Origin: Chara braunii
Taxonomy: Eukaryota > Plantae > Charophyceae
Length of the DNA stretch: 64,000 nt
Direction: 5' to 3'
NCBI GenBank assembly: GCA_003427395.1
Contig: BFEA01000033.1
Location: 3,115,913-3,179,912, forward strand
Part shown: piece after piece, positions 35,780 through 49,147 of the stretch
How the letters are laid out: each line of letters begins with the position of its first letter
How positions within the stretch are numbered: position 1 is the first letter of the stretch
Translations under genes and position numbers: made by a program
Notes under the pieces: generated by a model
What the model was told of the DNA's origin: nothing
Databases searched by the model: none
What the model saw: only the letters and a program-made list of their open reading frames with translations

Positions 35780-38395
35780 CTACAATATATACTTGTTCAA
35801 ATAAAAGCAGTCCTCACATTGTTTTGCATGCTGCTTCGATCCCCATTGTGGTTTAGAGAAACATGGAAGAATGTGAACTGTGTCTACGATAGTGTCAATT
35901 GATATAACGTTACTGCGTTGATGTCCATTCAACTTCTTCCATTTCAATTTCTTGCAATCTGTTATGTGTTGGCTTTCGCTGTCGACCTCCTTGTACCATT
36001 GCACAAATCCGCACTTGTGGACCCCCGCACCGCTATCCGTGCATGTGTTCACGACAAAAAACATGGCCACCGATGCAAACCATGTGCATTCATTGCCTGC
36101 TCTCACTGCCACATCACTATGGACTGCTCTCTCATGGAACTCTGGTGAAACTCTTGTAGTTTGAACAAGCGTGCCCCTGTTTGTTCCGTCCTTTATGCAG
36201 GCGATGGCGAGGTGTGTCCGTGTGTGTATGACTAGTTGGTCAGAAGGAGGCTGACAACCATTCTCCACCATGTACGTCGCCAGCGCAACTCGTACACGCA
36301 AGGTTGTCAATGCCTTCCTCCTATTGTATGTACTCGTCATCGATGCTGAACCACCGCAGTTGCAGAGTTGTTGTGTCGCGTAGTGCGAGAGTGTTTATTT
36401 TCTTACGATCTCTGTCTCTTCACGCAAAGTCAATGACCGTTGTACATGGTTCACTATGTGGGTTGAAGCGTTCCACTTGTTTGATGACAGGTATGGTTGT
36501 TTGCATAACTTCATGTGGTGATGCTCCGAAACATCTGCCACAAATTTGTCGAGGACACCGGATCGTTCAATGCACGTTCTCAGATGCATGAGATCGTGCA
36601 ACTTGGAAATTTTCCATGTTGATGGTTGATATTTTCCCAGTGTTGTTTTGATGGTTGTTATAAAGTCCGTGATCAAAGCATCGCGGTCATTGAGTGAAGC
36701 ACAAGTGTGTGTTGTGCACCGAAATATGCCTATGTACATTTCTATGAGTTTCACAAAACAAATGGTAATACCGTTGTCTGTCGAGCATGGGATAATATTA
36801 GAAATAAGGAATACGCACACTGTCATGACATACCGATTTTGCTTGGCCTCAAACCTTCTCTCCCTCAAAAACAAGTCGTTGCCAGTGGCCACGGGCAGCA
36901 CAAGTTGGGGGTATGTTCGACCGCATCTCTAACTAATGTTTTGCAACCTTGCATCTAATTCCTTCAGGATCTCTATGTGCGGTAAGTGTGCCAGCTTCTC
37001 AAAGGTTGCGGTCCTGAATGTGCTAATCATGTGCAAGAATATCCCTTGCTCGATTATGTGCATACGGTCTGGTTGCAATGCCAGGTGGTAGTCTAGCTTA
37101 GGATCATCACCTTGGGGCCCCTGTAGAATCCCCAAAGACCATTCTGTTGAACATGCTTGTGCATGTTCAACTCTGACATTCGCGCTTTTGTGGCACGACC
37201 AATGTCGATGTTATCGGCGTTTAACACATCTGTTGCGCGTTGTGTTTCCAGTGTCTGCGATCTCTTGCAGTTCGTGAAATCGACGATGACATCAAAGTCG
37301 TCTTTCAACACGGTGCACGTTGGACACACACCAAATTTCATAGTTGCAATGACACATCTTTCAGGATAGTCCTGTTTATAGTTCAGGAGAAAAAGGGTGG
37401 ACAGTTATATCCCCGGATCACTCTGTTGGTATCATTATGTCGTCATGAGATGCCTCCTTGGCAGACTACAATACCACTGTAAGGGCCTTATGCAAAACGA
37501 CGACCTTTCGTTTTCTGAATGCGGTGGACTGTAGACCCCATCCTTTGTCACGTAGACGATGATGAAGCACAGGAAAATAGGCCAGGAGTGTGGCTTCGGA
37601 TGCGTAATCGGCTACTGACATCATCAAAGGGTACGCTGTCTATTTTTGACGACCATCTATATGTGTTTTATCCGAATACAATGACATAGGGATAACGTAA
37701 CGTGGATTATCATTCCTATCCACACCTTTGTCCGCTCTAATGATTGTCTGGACGTGATAACTTAGTGCCCTAGTGCGTTGGCCGGATATATTGAGGTGCT
37801 ATGACGGAGGAAACATTTCCAGAGAAGACACTGTCTCACATTTCTGTAATGTGATATGCAAATGCAAAGGTCGTTGGCCAGTCACGGTGCCACAAAATGG
37901 CGTGCGCACCCCGTAGCCAATCATCACAACGTAGATCACGCTCTTGCCATCTAGCAGCCTCTGCTTAACTCCCTGCCCATGTCAAACACTCTCGACTATT
38001 ACGATATGCGATGTCTCTTGTGCTGAATCTCGGGTGTGTGAGAAGTGATAAGAGAGCATTGATGTCATTCTGCGACAGACCGACGCCGCCCCTGACAGAG
38101 AAAATCAGTGCCGCAAGCTTGCGGGAGCTGATGACTCTACAGGTTGCGGTTGTTGTTCTTCAAATGTCCCGCCCTCCCCTTCTAAATTGTCGAGGACCCC
38201 GACGTCCTCGCTCTCATCACTGACGAGATTCACTATACCTACACTCGATGGCCCGGCCTCATCCACCACACCCATCTCTTGCCCTAGTGTTCTTTCGGCC
38301 ACCGCGGTCGGGCATGCCTTCGCTCGATGTGAGTTTAAAGTTCGTAAATATATGAAAGATCTGCCACAGTCGCACACCCTTGGACCACTATCCAT
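35780..38395 (-). pseudogene. Decayed Plavaka-family transposase
   Basis: Collinear motifs: N-terminal Zn finger CDCGRSF..LNSHRAKAC; IPMSLYSDKTH..AYPLMMS..LLAYFP; QDYPERC...CPTC; PDRMHIIEQGIF; KLHDLMH...IERSG...SEHHH...KQPY..SN; C-terminal FVQWY...TVHILPCF...FYLNKY. Many stops and frameshifts. Confidence 0.85.
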
Positions 38396-39309
38396 TTTTT
38401 AATAGCGTTTTTCTGATTCGCCTCTTTCAAAACCGTTGAACTCCTTTTATATATGGCGGATGCACGTTCGTCATGAAGTTATCAGGTTACACCCTTCATC
38501 TTGGGACACCGCTTTCTGATTATTGTGTGCATTCCAAAAACAAACAAAGCGTTCCCGACAGTACTATGTGCATTTCAAAAACAAACAGAGCGTTCGTGAC
38601 AGTGTTTTGATTAGCATTTTCTACGTTGTTTCTGCCCGTTTTAATAGTAAGTAGCAAAACATATTTTGTTGTCTTATCTCATTGTTGCATACCCTCTTTT
38701 ATGTTAGAGAGAGAAAGAAAGGTAGTACCGAGTGCCACCTGCGGCGTCAATGGTCTGTGTGTGATCACAATTGCGAGAGATTACTACTTAACCGTGTGAC
38801 ACACTAATTTTTCTACCATGAGATCAATCATGATGGTCGTGTAGTCAAAGGCAATGTTTGACGCATGGTAGAGGAGATATGACAAAATATTCATCAGTCA
38901 CGTTTGCGCAGTGTTTTTGGCCAGCTTTCCATCCACAACGTGTGTGTATGTGTTATATTCTTTCCATCTGCACACGACAATGATTGCACCTCTGCACCCT
39001 AGCCGACCTCCGCAAACACTTCCAAAACGTTTAACAAGTCGTGGCCAAATTAGTAAAGAAATGACAAAGAATGCAACAAAAGCGATATTGTCATACATTG
39101 GTCACTATAGGGGGTGTTATGTTTCTCATTTACTATAAAAGGCAATAAATTCTGACATACATCGTAAAAATCATCAAATGATTCTTGTTAAATCCACTGT
39201 CTGCACGCAGTAGTGAACCGCATGTACTTGGAGAGGCAAAGAGCAGCCAACATGATACACAATACGTACACGGATGTACAAATTCTAATATAGCTAGAAG
39301 TTAACATAC

Positions 39310-39368
<59 letters not shown>

Positions 39369-39597
39369 TCACTACTGCGGGCCAGAACGAAAGAAAAAAA
39401 CATCGATGGACTTGGATACATCACGCAGTAGTGAACCCGACCTTGCTTGGAGAGGCAAAGAGCGGTGAACATGATACACAGACATAAAGGGATGTACATA
39501 TTTTTTATCCCATGCGCATCAAAACGGATATGCAATGGTTATTTATGCTACTACTCTATTGCTCTATGCTCTGCATGCCTATCCTCATCTCTGATGT

Positions 39598-41429
39598 CTA
39601 ATATGGTCTGTTGTGGTGTATGTGTACGTCTGTGTGTCCTGCCGTGACCGAGTACGAACTATTGCATCTAGTGTTGATAAGCCAGGATGCAATGTCTGCA
39701 ATGTCTCTCCACAAGCAGTCGCTAGTGCGCCGTGCGTGAGGCAAACTGAGGTTGATTCCCCATGTAAGTGGCGTCGCTAGCACAACCTCTCTGTTCACCA
39801 GAACAAACCATCCCTTACCAACACATGACCATTTTTTCCCCTTGTTGCATGATTTCATAATACTGATCACTGGCGCATACTGAAGTGCGTCATTTGGTGT
39901 TGCCCCCTTCAACACAACACGCATCATTTTATGCGGATCGGGAAAAGCACGTGCTAACCTCAGGATTGCATGTGCCCACCCTTTTGTCAATTGTCCACAA
40001 GCCCTATTTAAATCATAGTATACATCATGTTTCTCTTCTTCCTCGTCGTCGTTCACATCACTGTCACTCACTTCCACCTCAAATGATGCCCCGTTATCCT
40101 CTTCTTTATCTTCTTCTTTTGCATTTCCTGTGTACTCTGCAACACAACTTGGTAACTCGGGCTCTTGGAATCCACGATCACGCTGTTCTTCTATCATTGT
40201 GAAACCATTGAACATATTTTTTTCCTCTATCTTCTCTGTCGTTGTTGTCTCCACGGGAGGAACAACGACTGACATACTGTTTATTATTTCTTATGTTGCT
40301 GATGTCTGTCCATTGTGTGAAATAATTGCAAGATTTGTTTCCCTCACCATCAACTTCCACCCCGCTTCTTTTTTTCTTTGTCTCTTAATATCGGAACCAG
40401 CATGGACGAGCTTCTCCAAAGCTGCAATCAATATCCCCTCCCACAATGGTTTGCCAGATATCATGTTGTCTTCATTTCTTGCTGACATATATTCAATTAG
40501 CTTTTGACCCTGCAGTGCCAACTCTGTGACTCTCTGTGACTTCATGCAACGCCTCATGGATGACGTTCCTGTCGTCGGGACTCTTTTTCATGAAGTCCAC
40601 AAGGTGATCCAGTAGAACATATTCGACACCATGTGCGACTATGACAGAAACATTTTGAAAGTCTTATGAAGGTGTTTGTCTTATGTTCTTCATCCTAGAC
40701 AATAACAAAATTTTCGCTACACCGGTCTTCAACTCGTCCTTCGACCCATCAATAATCATTTCCGAATTCTTCGCAGAAGTGTCCAACAACTTCTTGAAAT
40801 CCACAGGTGTATATCTCCTCCCTGTCTGATGCATTAGAACATATTCGACACCATCTGTGCCTATGACAGAAACATCTTGAAAGTCTTATAGAGGTGTTTG
40901 TCTTATGTCCTTCATCCTAGACAACAACAAAATTTTCGCTGCACCGGTCTTCAACTCGTCCTTCAACCCATCAACAACCATTTCTGAATTCTTCACGGAA
41001 GTGCCCAGCAACTTCTTGAAATCTGCAGGTGTATATCTCCCCCCTGTCTGATGCATTGTTATGTCAACGTCTCCTTCTCCGCACATCCCTTTTCTGCACA
41101 TCCACTGAACTACTCCTTTGAGGTTGTATGCACTGTCTTCCACGTCGCTGTCCACACGTAAATCTGATGACTGTTCGAAGCGTTGCAATAATGTTTGTGC
41201 TTTGACACACCCCTCGTCGTTTGCCATCAGCCATATCCACACTGATAATGGAGTACCTCGATACTTTGTCCTCAAGCAAAGACAACTCTCTGTCATTGTC
41301 GTAGTGAACGCCCTCCTTTGCATACTTCATTACTTCTGCAAGAGCAACCTGCAATTGCGCTACTGACAATGTCTGACATCCACATGATGCGTATGGTTCC
41401 TCTTCTTCTCTCTGCCAGCGGAAACGCAC
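39598..41429 (-). pseudogene. Decayed ORF(s) of unknown function upstream of the transposase
   Basis: Protein-like, non-repetitive ORF pieces (225, 88, 145 and 121 aa) on the same strand, with an acidic tract; internal ~220-bp tandem duplication (40615-40835 / 40836-41056). No family recognised. Confidence 0.5.
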
Positions 41430-41492
41430 AGTGACGTCAACGGCTCTTTCTCTCTCTCTCTCTCTCCATACAAATCCCTGTGTATCACTTGC

Positions 41493-41608
41493 GGTTAACG
41501 ACCACCTGAAATTTCAGAATGAAAGGTTTTGAAGTGGTATGAAACCACTGAAATGACCTGAAGACACTTCATGTCATTCCAGAAGTTTCAGGTGGTTTGG
41601 AGGACACG

Positions 41609-41661
<53 letters not shown>

Positions 41662-42432
41662 CTGCCTGTTTTTTCAGCCACTTCAGGTCATTTCAGGAAT
41701 CTCAGGTGGGGACCTGACACCACTGAAGTGGCTGAAGCTTCTGAAAGGGGTTTCAGGTACCCCCATCCAAATGGTTAGATGGGGATACCTGAAACCCCTT
41801 TCAGAAGCTTCAGCCACTTCAGGTCATTTCAGGAATTTCAGGTGGGGACCTGAAACCGCTGAAGTGGCTGAAGCTTCTGAAAGGGGTTTCAGGTACCCCC
41901 ATCCAAATGGTTAGATGGAGATACCTGAAACCCCTTTCAGAAACTTCAGCCACTTCAGGTCATTTCAAGAATCCAGGTAGGGACCTAAAACCACTGAAGT
42001 GGCTGAAGCTTCTGAAAGGGGTTTCAGGTACCTCCATCCAAATGGTTGGATGGGGAAACCTGAAACCCCTTTAAAAAGCTTCAGCCACTTCAGGTCATTT
42101 AAGGAATTTCAGGTGGGGACCTGAAACCGCTGAAGTGGTTGAAGCTTCTAAAAGGGGTTTCAGGTACCCCCATCCTACCATTTAGATGGGGGTACCTGAA
42201 ACCCCTTTCAGAAGCTTCAGCCACTTCAGGTCATTTCAGGAATTTCAGGTGGGGACCTGAAACCGCTGAAGTGGCTGAAGCTTCTGAAAGGGGTTTCGGG
42301 TATCCCCATCCAACTATTTGGGGTACCTGAAACCCCTTTTAGAAGTTTCAGCCATTTCAGGTCATTTCAGGAGTTTCAGGTAGGGACCTGAAGTGGCCGA
42401 AAGTGACCTGTAAATAGTGTCTGTTGTTAACC
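41493..42432. repeat. Foldback-like element: tandem array of ~136-bp units, each a ~45-bp-arm hairpin
   Basis: Unit starts at 41681, 41817, 41953, 42088, 42224 and 42355. Arm CTGAAGTGGCTGAAGCTTCTGAAAGGGGTTTCAGGTACCCCCATC and its complement. Ends GGTTAACGAC / GTTGTTAACC. Confidence 0.85.
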
Positions 42433-42439
42433 ATCTCTC

Positions 42440-45400
42440 ATGTGTATATGTATTTGTGAGGCTGTGTGTGTGTGTGTATGTGTGTGTCTGACGTATATGT
42501 GTCTACCTGTGTATGCATGTGTGCATGTCTGTGTACAAGTTAGCTACTGCGTGGTATTTCAACTCACAATGGACGTGTATGATCTGTGTTTGGCACGCAG
42601 TAGCCAACCTGAAGGGTGCATAGCAGAACGTGTATGTGCATGTCTGTGCATGTCTGTGTGTCCGTGTTTGTGTATGTGATGTGTGTCTGTGTATGTATTT
42701 GTGGATGTGTATATGTGTACGTATGTCTATGTATGAGTATCTGTGTATGTGTATGCGGTAGATTTGTGTCTGTGTATGTGTGTTTGTGTATGTGTGTCTG
42801 TGTATGAGTCTATGTATGTGTTTGTGTATCTGTCTGTGTATGTGTATATGTCTATGTATGTGGCTGTGTCGTGTATGTGGTTGCGTGTCTGTGTATGTGG
42901 CTGCGTGTCTGTGCATGTGGTTGTGTGTATGTATGTGTCAGTGTATATGTATGTCTGCATATTTGTTCCCAAGTTAGCTACTGCATGCCATTTCAACTCG
43001 CAAAGGATGTGTATGGTCTGTGTCTGGCACGCAGTAGCCAACCTGAACGGTGCATGGCAGAATGTGTCTGTGCATATCTGTCTGTCCGTCTCTGTGTATG
43101 TGGTCGTGTCTGTGTATGTGGTTGTGTATGTGTGTTTGTGTGGCTGTGTGTATGTGTGGTTGTATATGTGGCTGTATGTGTATCTGTGTATGTAGTGTTT
43201 GTGCATGTGTGTCTGTGTATGTGTCTGTGTATGTGACTGTGTATGTGTCTGTGTATGTGTATATGTCTGCGTATGTGTGTGTATCTGTGTATGTGTGTCT
43301 GTGTCTGTGTATATGTGTATGTATGTCTGTGTATGTATGTGTATTTGTGTATGTGTGTGTATTTGTGTATGTGTGTATCTGTGTAGGTGTGGGGGGGGTT
43401 GTGTACGTAACACAACTATCCCACAGAATGTGGGAAACAGGACCCAACTCAAGATCGTCCATTAGGATTGTGTTAGATAGCATTTCAGCTATGGAGGACA
43501 TGTGTTGCATTATAGGAGCAATGATTAGGTTGTGTAATGTTAGCGGGTTAGGAATTAGGAAAGGGCAATGCCCAGCCGTAGGGGGGGTGCAGCCCTTAAG
43601 CGCGCTTTTCGCCGCCTAACACCCATAGCAGCTCATCAGAGGGCTTAGCTTTGTTAAGGCTCCTATTAGCATAGGGGTTGGGGGGATAAAGGTCGTAAGG
43701 GGGTTGCAGGTGGAAGAAGGCATGAGGGGTCATGGTTGGTGTCGTTGGAAGACCAGTCGAAGCCATAGCTCGTATCGTGGTCGAGCAGCATGATGTTACG
43801 TAGTCTGCAGCGCAAGCTCAGCGTGAAGGGCACAGCAATGTGCCACACCATAGGGGTTGGGGGGATAAAGGTCGTCAGGGGGTTGTAGGTGAAAGAAGGC
43901 ATGTGGGGTCATGGTTGGTGTCGTTGGAAGATCAGTCGAAGCCATAGCTCGTATCGTGGTCGAGCAACGTCATGTTACATAGCCTGCAGCGCAAGCTTAG
44001 CGTGAAGGGTATTGCAATGTGCCACACCAACTCAGGAAGAAGAACAATTAGCAAGGTTGCGTGCTAGTGTAAGGAAGGTGTGAGAGAAGAGACGCAACAG
44101 CGCTTGGAGGTCAGCTTCCAAGTGAGTTTGTATGCGCGTGGTATTATGCAAGGTAGTCTGCAGGCTAGCGTTTCCGCAGGCAGTTCTTGCGAGGTGAGGC
44201 GTGCATGCCATGAGCATGTGTCATGTGTTTTAATACAGTGTGCGCCATGCTTTGGTGTAGCTAGGATGGTATAGGGTGGGGGTGGCCGAGATGGCTTCAT
44301 TCAAGGGGGGGGGGAAAGGCGTAAGTTTTTTTTTGGGTGGGGGGTATTCAAGTATAGCTTAGTTTGGGGCGAGGTGTTGGATATGGTTACTGAATTTCGT
44401 ATATGGGATAGGCGCTCTTTTTACGATAGTGCATGTATTTTTCGTTTTTGTTCAGAGGGGGGTAGTGAGATTGCCAGCAGTGCGGAGGGAGCTTGCGCGG
44501 GTATGGCAGTGATGGCGTCCGTCATCTGGGTTTATTCTTGTCTCGATGTGTATCAGTTCGTTGTTTTTTGGAGATGATTTGACTCAGGACGAGGCAGGGA
44601 GTGTCAGGGTTTATCTGTTGTGTTTGCGTGCACGTTTGTACTCCGATTTGTCAGATGCGTCGTTTCGATGAGGTGCTGCGTGGGTGTCATTTCGTATGTT
44701 ACCTTAGTGTCTCTTTTGTAAAACGTTTGGGGCGTTTTTTTGAGTGTGAGTGCGTTTTGTTTTTCTTTTTTTCGAATGCGTTTTACGAGGGGTCATATCC
44801 CATAACCGGTACGTGAGGTGTTGTCTATATGGTGTATAGGTGTATAGCTTGTTGTTTGTGTTGCGAGGATTTGGGGTGTGATGTTCTATTTCAGTGTAGG
44901 GGGTTTGCATTTGCGAAGGCTGTAGTAAGGTATAGCGGGGGGTATGCTTTTTTTGTTTAATTTATAGTGATTATGAGTATTATATTTATTTATTGGTTGG
45001 GAATATATCTTTATATGCCATTAGTATTGTTTATTATAATTAATGTTTTACTAGTCATTAGTTTTAATTATTTATTGTATAATTGTATATATATATATAT
45101 ATATATATATCGTCAAATAGAACTGCCCGGTAAACCGTAGGCAGAGAGGGAGAAGAGGACAACAAACGAAGGGCTGTGACATATATATATACAGGGTCAC
45201 CAGCCCATACGTACGGAGGTCCCCGGGCAGACCTCCGTATATACGGGCGTTCGGGGTCCCGTACGGGGTCTGAACCCGACGGCTTTTGGCCCCCGACAAA
45301 AAATATTTCGCGGCCTATATATAACTATTTTTTTCTGAATTTGTTTTTGTGAGTTCTTTATGACGTGACGTACATGCCTGTAAATTTTCAAGTCATTTGG

Positions 45401-46255
45401 CCAAGCCACATAAGAATTAAAAATCGCCAAAGATGGCGGTGTCAAAATGTGCTCGCCCACGTATTTTTTCACATTTTACTTTTTGTTTTCACTTTAGTTC
45501 GAGATCTAAACAATTTTATTATTTTTTGAAAATTTTTTAGTGGGCTTTGTATTATGTGAAGTACACATCTGTAAATTTTCAGGGCATTTAGCTCTGCCAA
45601 AAAAAACGGAAACATCGCCAAAGATGGCGGTGTCGTAAAAATTCTCGCGCACTCACTAAATTTAATTCTCTATTTATTTTTATTTATTTTTATTATTAGT
45701 ATTTGTTTTTCGTATTTTATTTTTATTTCAAATTTGGTAAGGAATTCGGATGCAATGCTCAGGCAAATCGTTTTTAATTTATGTTTTTCCATAACATATC
45801 ATTTTTTCAGATTTTTTTGATGACCTTTTTTTTTTTTTTTTTTGGTCCGCGTTTGGCTCGAACGGCCGAACGTATCCCCAAGGGTTCCCATACGTTCGGG
45901 CGTTCAGGTTCAGGCATTCGGCCCGCCCCGAACGCCAGTTACCCTGTATATATATATATATTTTGTTTCTTTTAAGTTTATTTTATTATATATATATTAT
46001 ATAAATATTTTTTATTATTTTATTATTATTATTATTATTAATATTTATTATTATTATTATTATTTTATCTTTCTATTGTTTTTTTTTATATATTTATAAC
46101 TCATTTTTTATATAAAAATATTATTATTAGTCTTTTTTATCTTATATTGTTTTTTACTATTTTTATTATTATTTATATATATATATATATAATAATTAAA
46201 AAAAAATAACAAAAGTTTTTTTAGTGTATGTGTGTGCGTGTGTTTGTGTGTTTGT

Positions 46256-46300
<45 letters not shown>

Positions 46301-47425
46301 GTAGATTTGTGTCTGTGTATGTGTGTCTGTGTATGTGTTTGTGTATATGTTTGTCTATGTGTATATGTATGTGTATGTGGCTATGTCGTGTACGTGGCTA
46401 TTCGTGTACGTGGCTGTGTGTCTGTGCATGTGGCTGTGTGGCTGTGTGTGTCAGTGTATGTGTATGTTTGCATGTCTGTTCCCAAGTTAGCTACTGCATG
46501 CCATTTCAACTCGCAACAGACTTGTATGGTCTATGTCTGGCACACAGTAGCCAACCTGATGGGTGCATGGCAGAATATGTCTGTGCATGTGTGTGCATGT
46601 CTGCCTGTCCGTCTTTATGTATGTTGCCGTGACTGTGTATGTGGTTGTGTATGTGTGTCTGTGTGGCTGTGTGTATGTGTGTATGTATATATGGTTGTAT
46701 GTGTATCTGTGTATGTGTGTTTGTGCATGTGTGTCTGTGCATGTGTGTTTGTGTATGTGTCTATGTATGTGTATGTGTATGTGTATATGTATGTGTATAT
46801 GTCTGTGTATGTGTGTGTATCTGTGTATGTGTGTCTGTGTCTGTGTATATGTGTACGTATGTCTGTGTATGTGTGTGTATCTGTGTATGTGTGTATCTGT
46901 GTATGTGTATATGTGTGTATGTGTGTATCTGTGAATGTGTATATGTGTGTCTGTGTGTGTCTGTGTATGTGTATTTGTGAGGCTGTGTATGTGGTTGTTC
47001 GTCTGTGTGTGTCTATTTGTATGTGTCTGTGAGGCTGTGTGTATGTGTGTGTCAGGCGTCTATGTATCTACCATTGTATGTGTCGACCAGTGTATGTGTA
47101 TGCCGGCATGTCTGTTCGCAAGTTAGCTACTGCGTGCCATTTCAACTCGCAACGGACCTGTATGGTCTGTATCTGGCACACAGTAGCCAATCGGTGCATG
47201 GCAGAATATATCTGTGCATGTTTGTCTGTCCGTCTCTGTGTATGTGGTTGTGGTTGTGTATGTGGCTGTATATGTGTGTTTGTGTGTATGTGTGTCTGTG
47301 TATGTGGTTGTATGTGTATCTATGTATGTGTATCTGTGTATGTGTATCTATGTATGTGTATCTGTGTATGTGTGTCTGTGCATGTGACACTGTGTTTGTG
47401 CATGTGTCTGTGTATGTGTCTGTGT
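42440..47425 (+). repeat. TG-rich low-complexity tracts (42440-43385, 46223-47425) with four copies of a ~100-bp hairpin module
   Basis: GTTAGCTACTGC[AG]TGCCA...TGGCAC[AG]CAGTAGCCAA at ~42538, 42972, 46486 and 47121. Confidence 0.75.
45192..45946. mobile_element. 755-bp hAT-like MITE
   Basis: TIR CAGGGTCACCAG / CAGGGTAACTGG (reverse complement of right end). TATATATA on both sides (8-bp TSD in a TA tract). GC-rich subterminal repeats, AT-rich core. Confidence 0.8.
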
Positions 47426-47998
47426 TTCTTTGGGGCAACACGAATCATAAAAGAACTATTTTGAACCGTGTTTAGCTAGGGTTTCTTTGGGGTAACAACT
47501 CCTCTTTCACTTTTCCCTCCACATACAAGGCTGCCCACGTTGATGGTGGTTGAGCGGCAGCTGCTCACATCCCCGTGTGCCTTAACGGCCCACTTGCACG
47601 TTATAATAGGAGGCAGAGTAAAGGGAAACGTATGCTCCTGTGCACTTCACTTCAGATCTTCAGCTGTTCATTTCACTTCAGATCTTCAGCATATACTTTG
47701 TCTTTGTGTCTATCGTTCGTCTTCATACTCCTGTTCATTTCTCTTCAAATCTTCAACTTATACTTTGTCTGTACGCTTACTGATGCTCATTCGTATGTAT
47801 TTCCTAGTTGCACATAAGGAGAGGGCGGAGGGAAAGAGACAGGAGGTGAGTTTGTCAGGACTGTGAGTTAGGGGGAAGCAGAGTGCAAAGGTAGGAGAGA
47901 AATATCTGAAGGGCAAAAAGTGTGACTTGCAGTGCTTGCGAGTGGTCATCGACATACTGTTTCTGATGGTTGAGCCAAACTGCGTGATCCTACGGGCG

Positions 47999-48490
47999 CC
48001 TACCAGTTTTCAGAAGGGCAGAAAATGTCAAAACAACAAGGTTGAAAGACCTAAGACTAAGAAGTAGTGACAAGTTCAAGGTTCGAGCCCAATAAAGCTC
48101 TAGAACAGTCAAACACCACAATCACACTACAGGTCATGGGATCAAGTCCCGGGTTGACTTCAGCATCTGCAGAAATCGACAGAACAGCAGATATTGACGA
48201 CTAAACAGTCAAGATTTACCTACATGCATCTACATGGAAACCTAGGCTAAGGGGACCCAAGACTAGGACACACAAAAGAAAGACCTACCGGCCTACCAGT
48301 TTTCAGAAAGGCAGAAAAGGACAAAACAACAAGGTTGAAAAACCTAGGAGTACGAAGTAGATACTACTAGCGACAGGTTCAAGGTTCAAGCCCAATAAAG
48401 CTCAATAACAGTCAAACACGACAAACATACTACACGTCATGGGATGAAGTTCGGGGTTGACTTCAGCAACTGCAGAAACTGACAAAACAG
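47999..48490 (+). repeat. Direct duplication (copies at 47999 and 48292) with B-box-like motifs
   Basis: CCTACCAGTTTTCAGAA...GGTTC[GA]AGCCC...GGGAT[CG]AAGT occurs twice, with a fainter third copy to ~48620. Confidence 0.7.
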
Positions 48491-49147
48491 CAAAGCCCAA
48501 GGGTGTAAGACTTCCAAATAATAAAGACTAATAGGTACAAGTCTAAGGATGAAGCCCAGTAGGGCTCGAAGCTAACAAACCAAACGTTCGGCCTTCAGGA
48601 CACGGGATGAAGTCTCGCAAGGCCCAAACCAAGGAAACAGCAAACACAGTTATTGTACAGTCCCAGTGAGATACTACGATTTATTGCATCTGTGTCTGTC
48701 TGTGTGTGATGTTTTGAAAAACCCTAGATTCACTCTCTCATTCCCTTCACAACCGTTGTGTTTTTTTTTTTAAAGGACCCGTCTGCCGCCCAAGCGCCAC
48801 AAAACAAAAACTCTTTAACACAGACATCATCAGTCGTCTTCATACAGGCATCACAACACACTTGACAAGGCGATTGGAAAGAAAACACAACTTATATTTT
48901 TTTCTCTTGTCTGAGAGAGAGAGTACTATCATACACGGGCAACACAAAGTTTTACGGCAGTGAGCATCAAAGATGAAGTGAAACATGGTTCTTCTTGCGG
49001 CCGTGCCAAGTTGATAATGCCACCTTATACCGCAAAGACCACCCCAGTGTCCAAGATTGGACACGACATGCGTTCTGCAGTACACACCATTGTTTGGTGA
49101 ACCTTCTGTAGTATAATGTTTGTAAGTTGCTGTTTTTGGTTGATTTC

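Noticed and set aside
41681-42400. CRISPR-like array (also 58128-58940)
   Set aside because: No unique spacers, units are wholly repeated, context is eukaryotic and there are no cas genes.
43390-44580. Possible decayed coding region on the minus strand with a ~180-bp tandem duplication (43670-44030)
   Set aside because: No recognisable motif or consistent frame; left unannotated.
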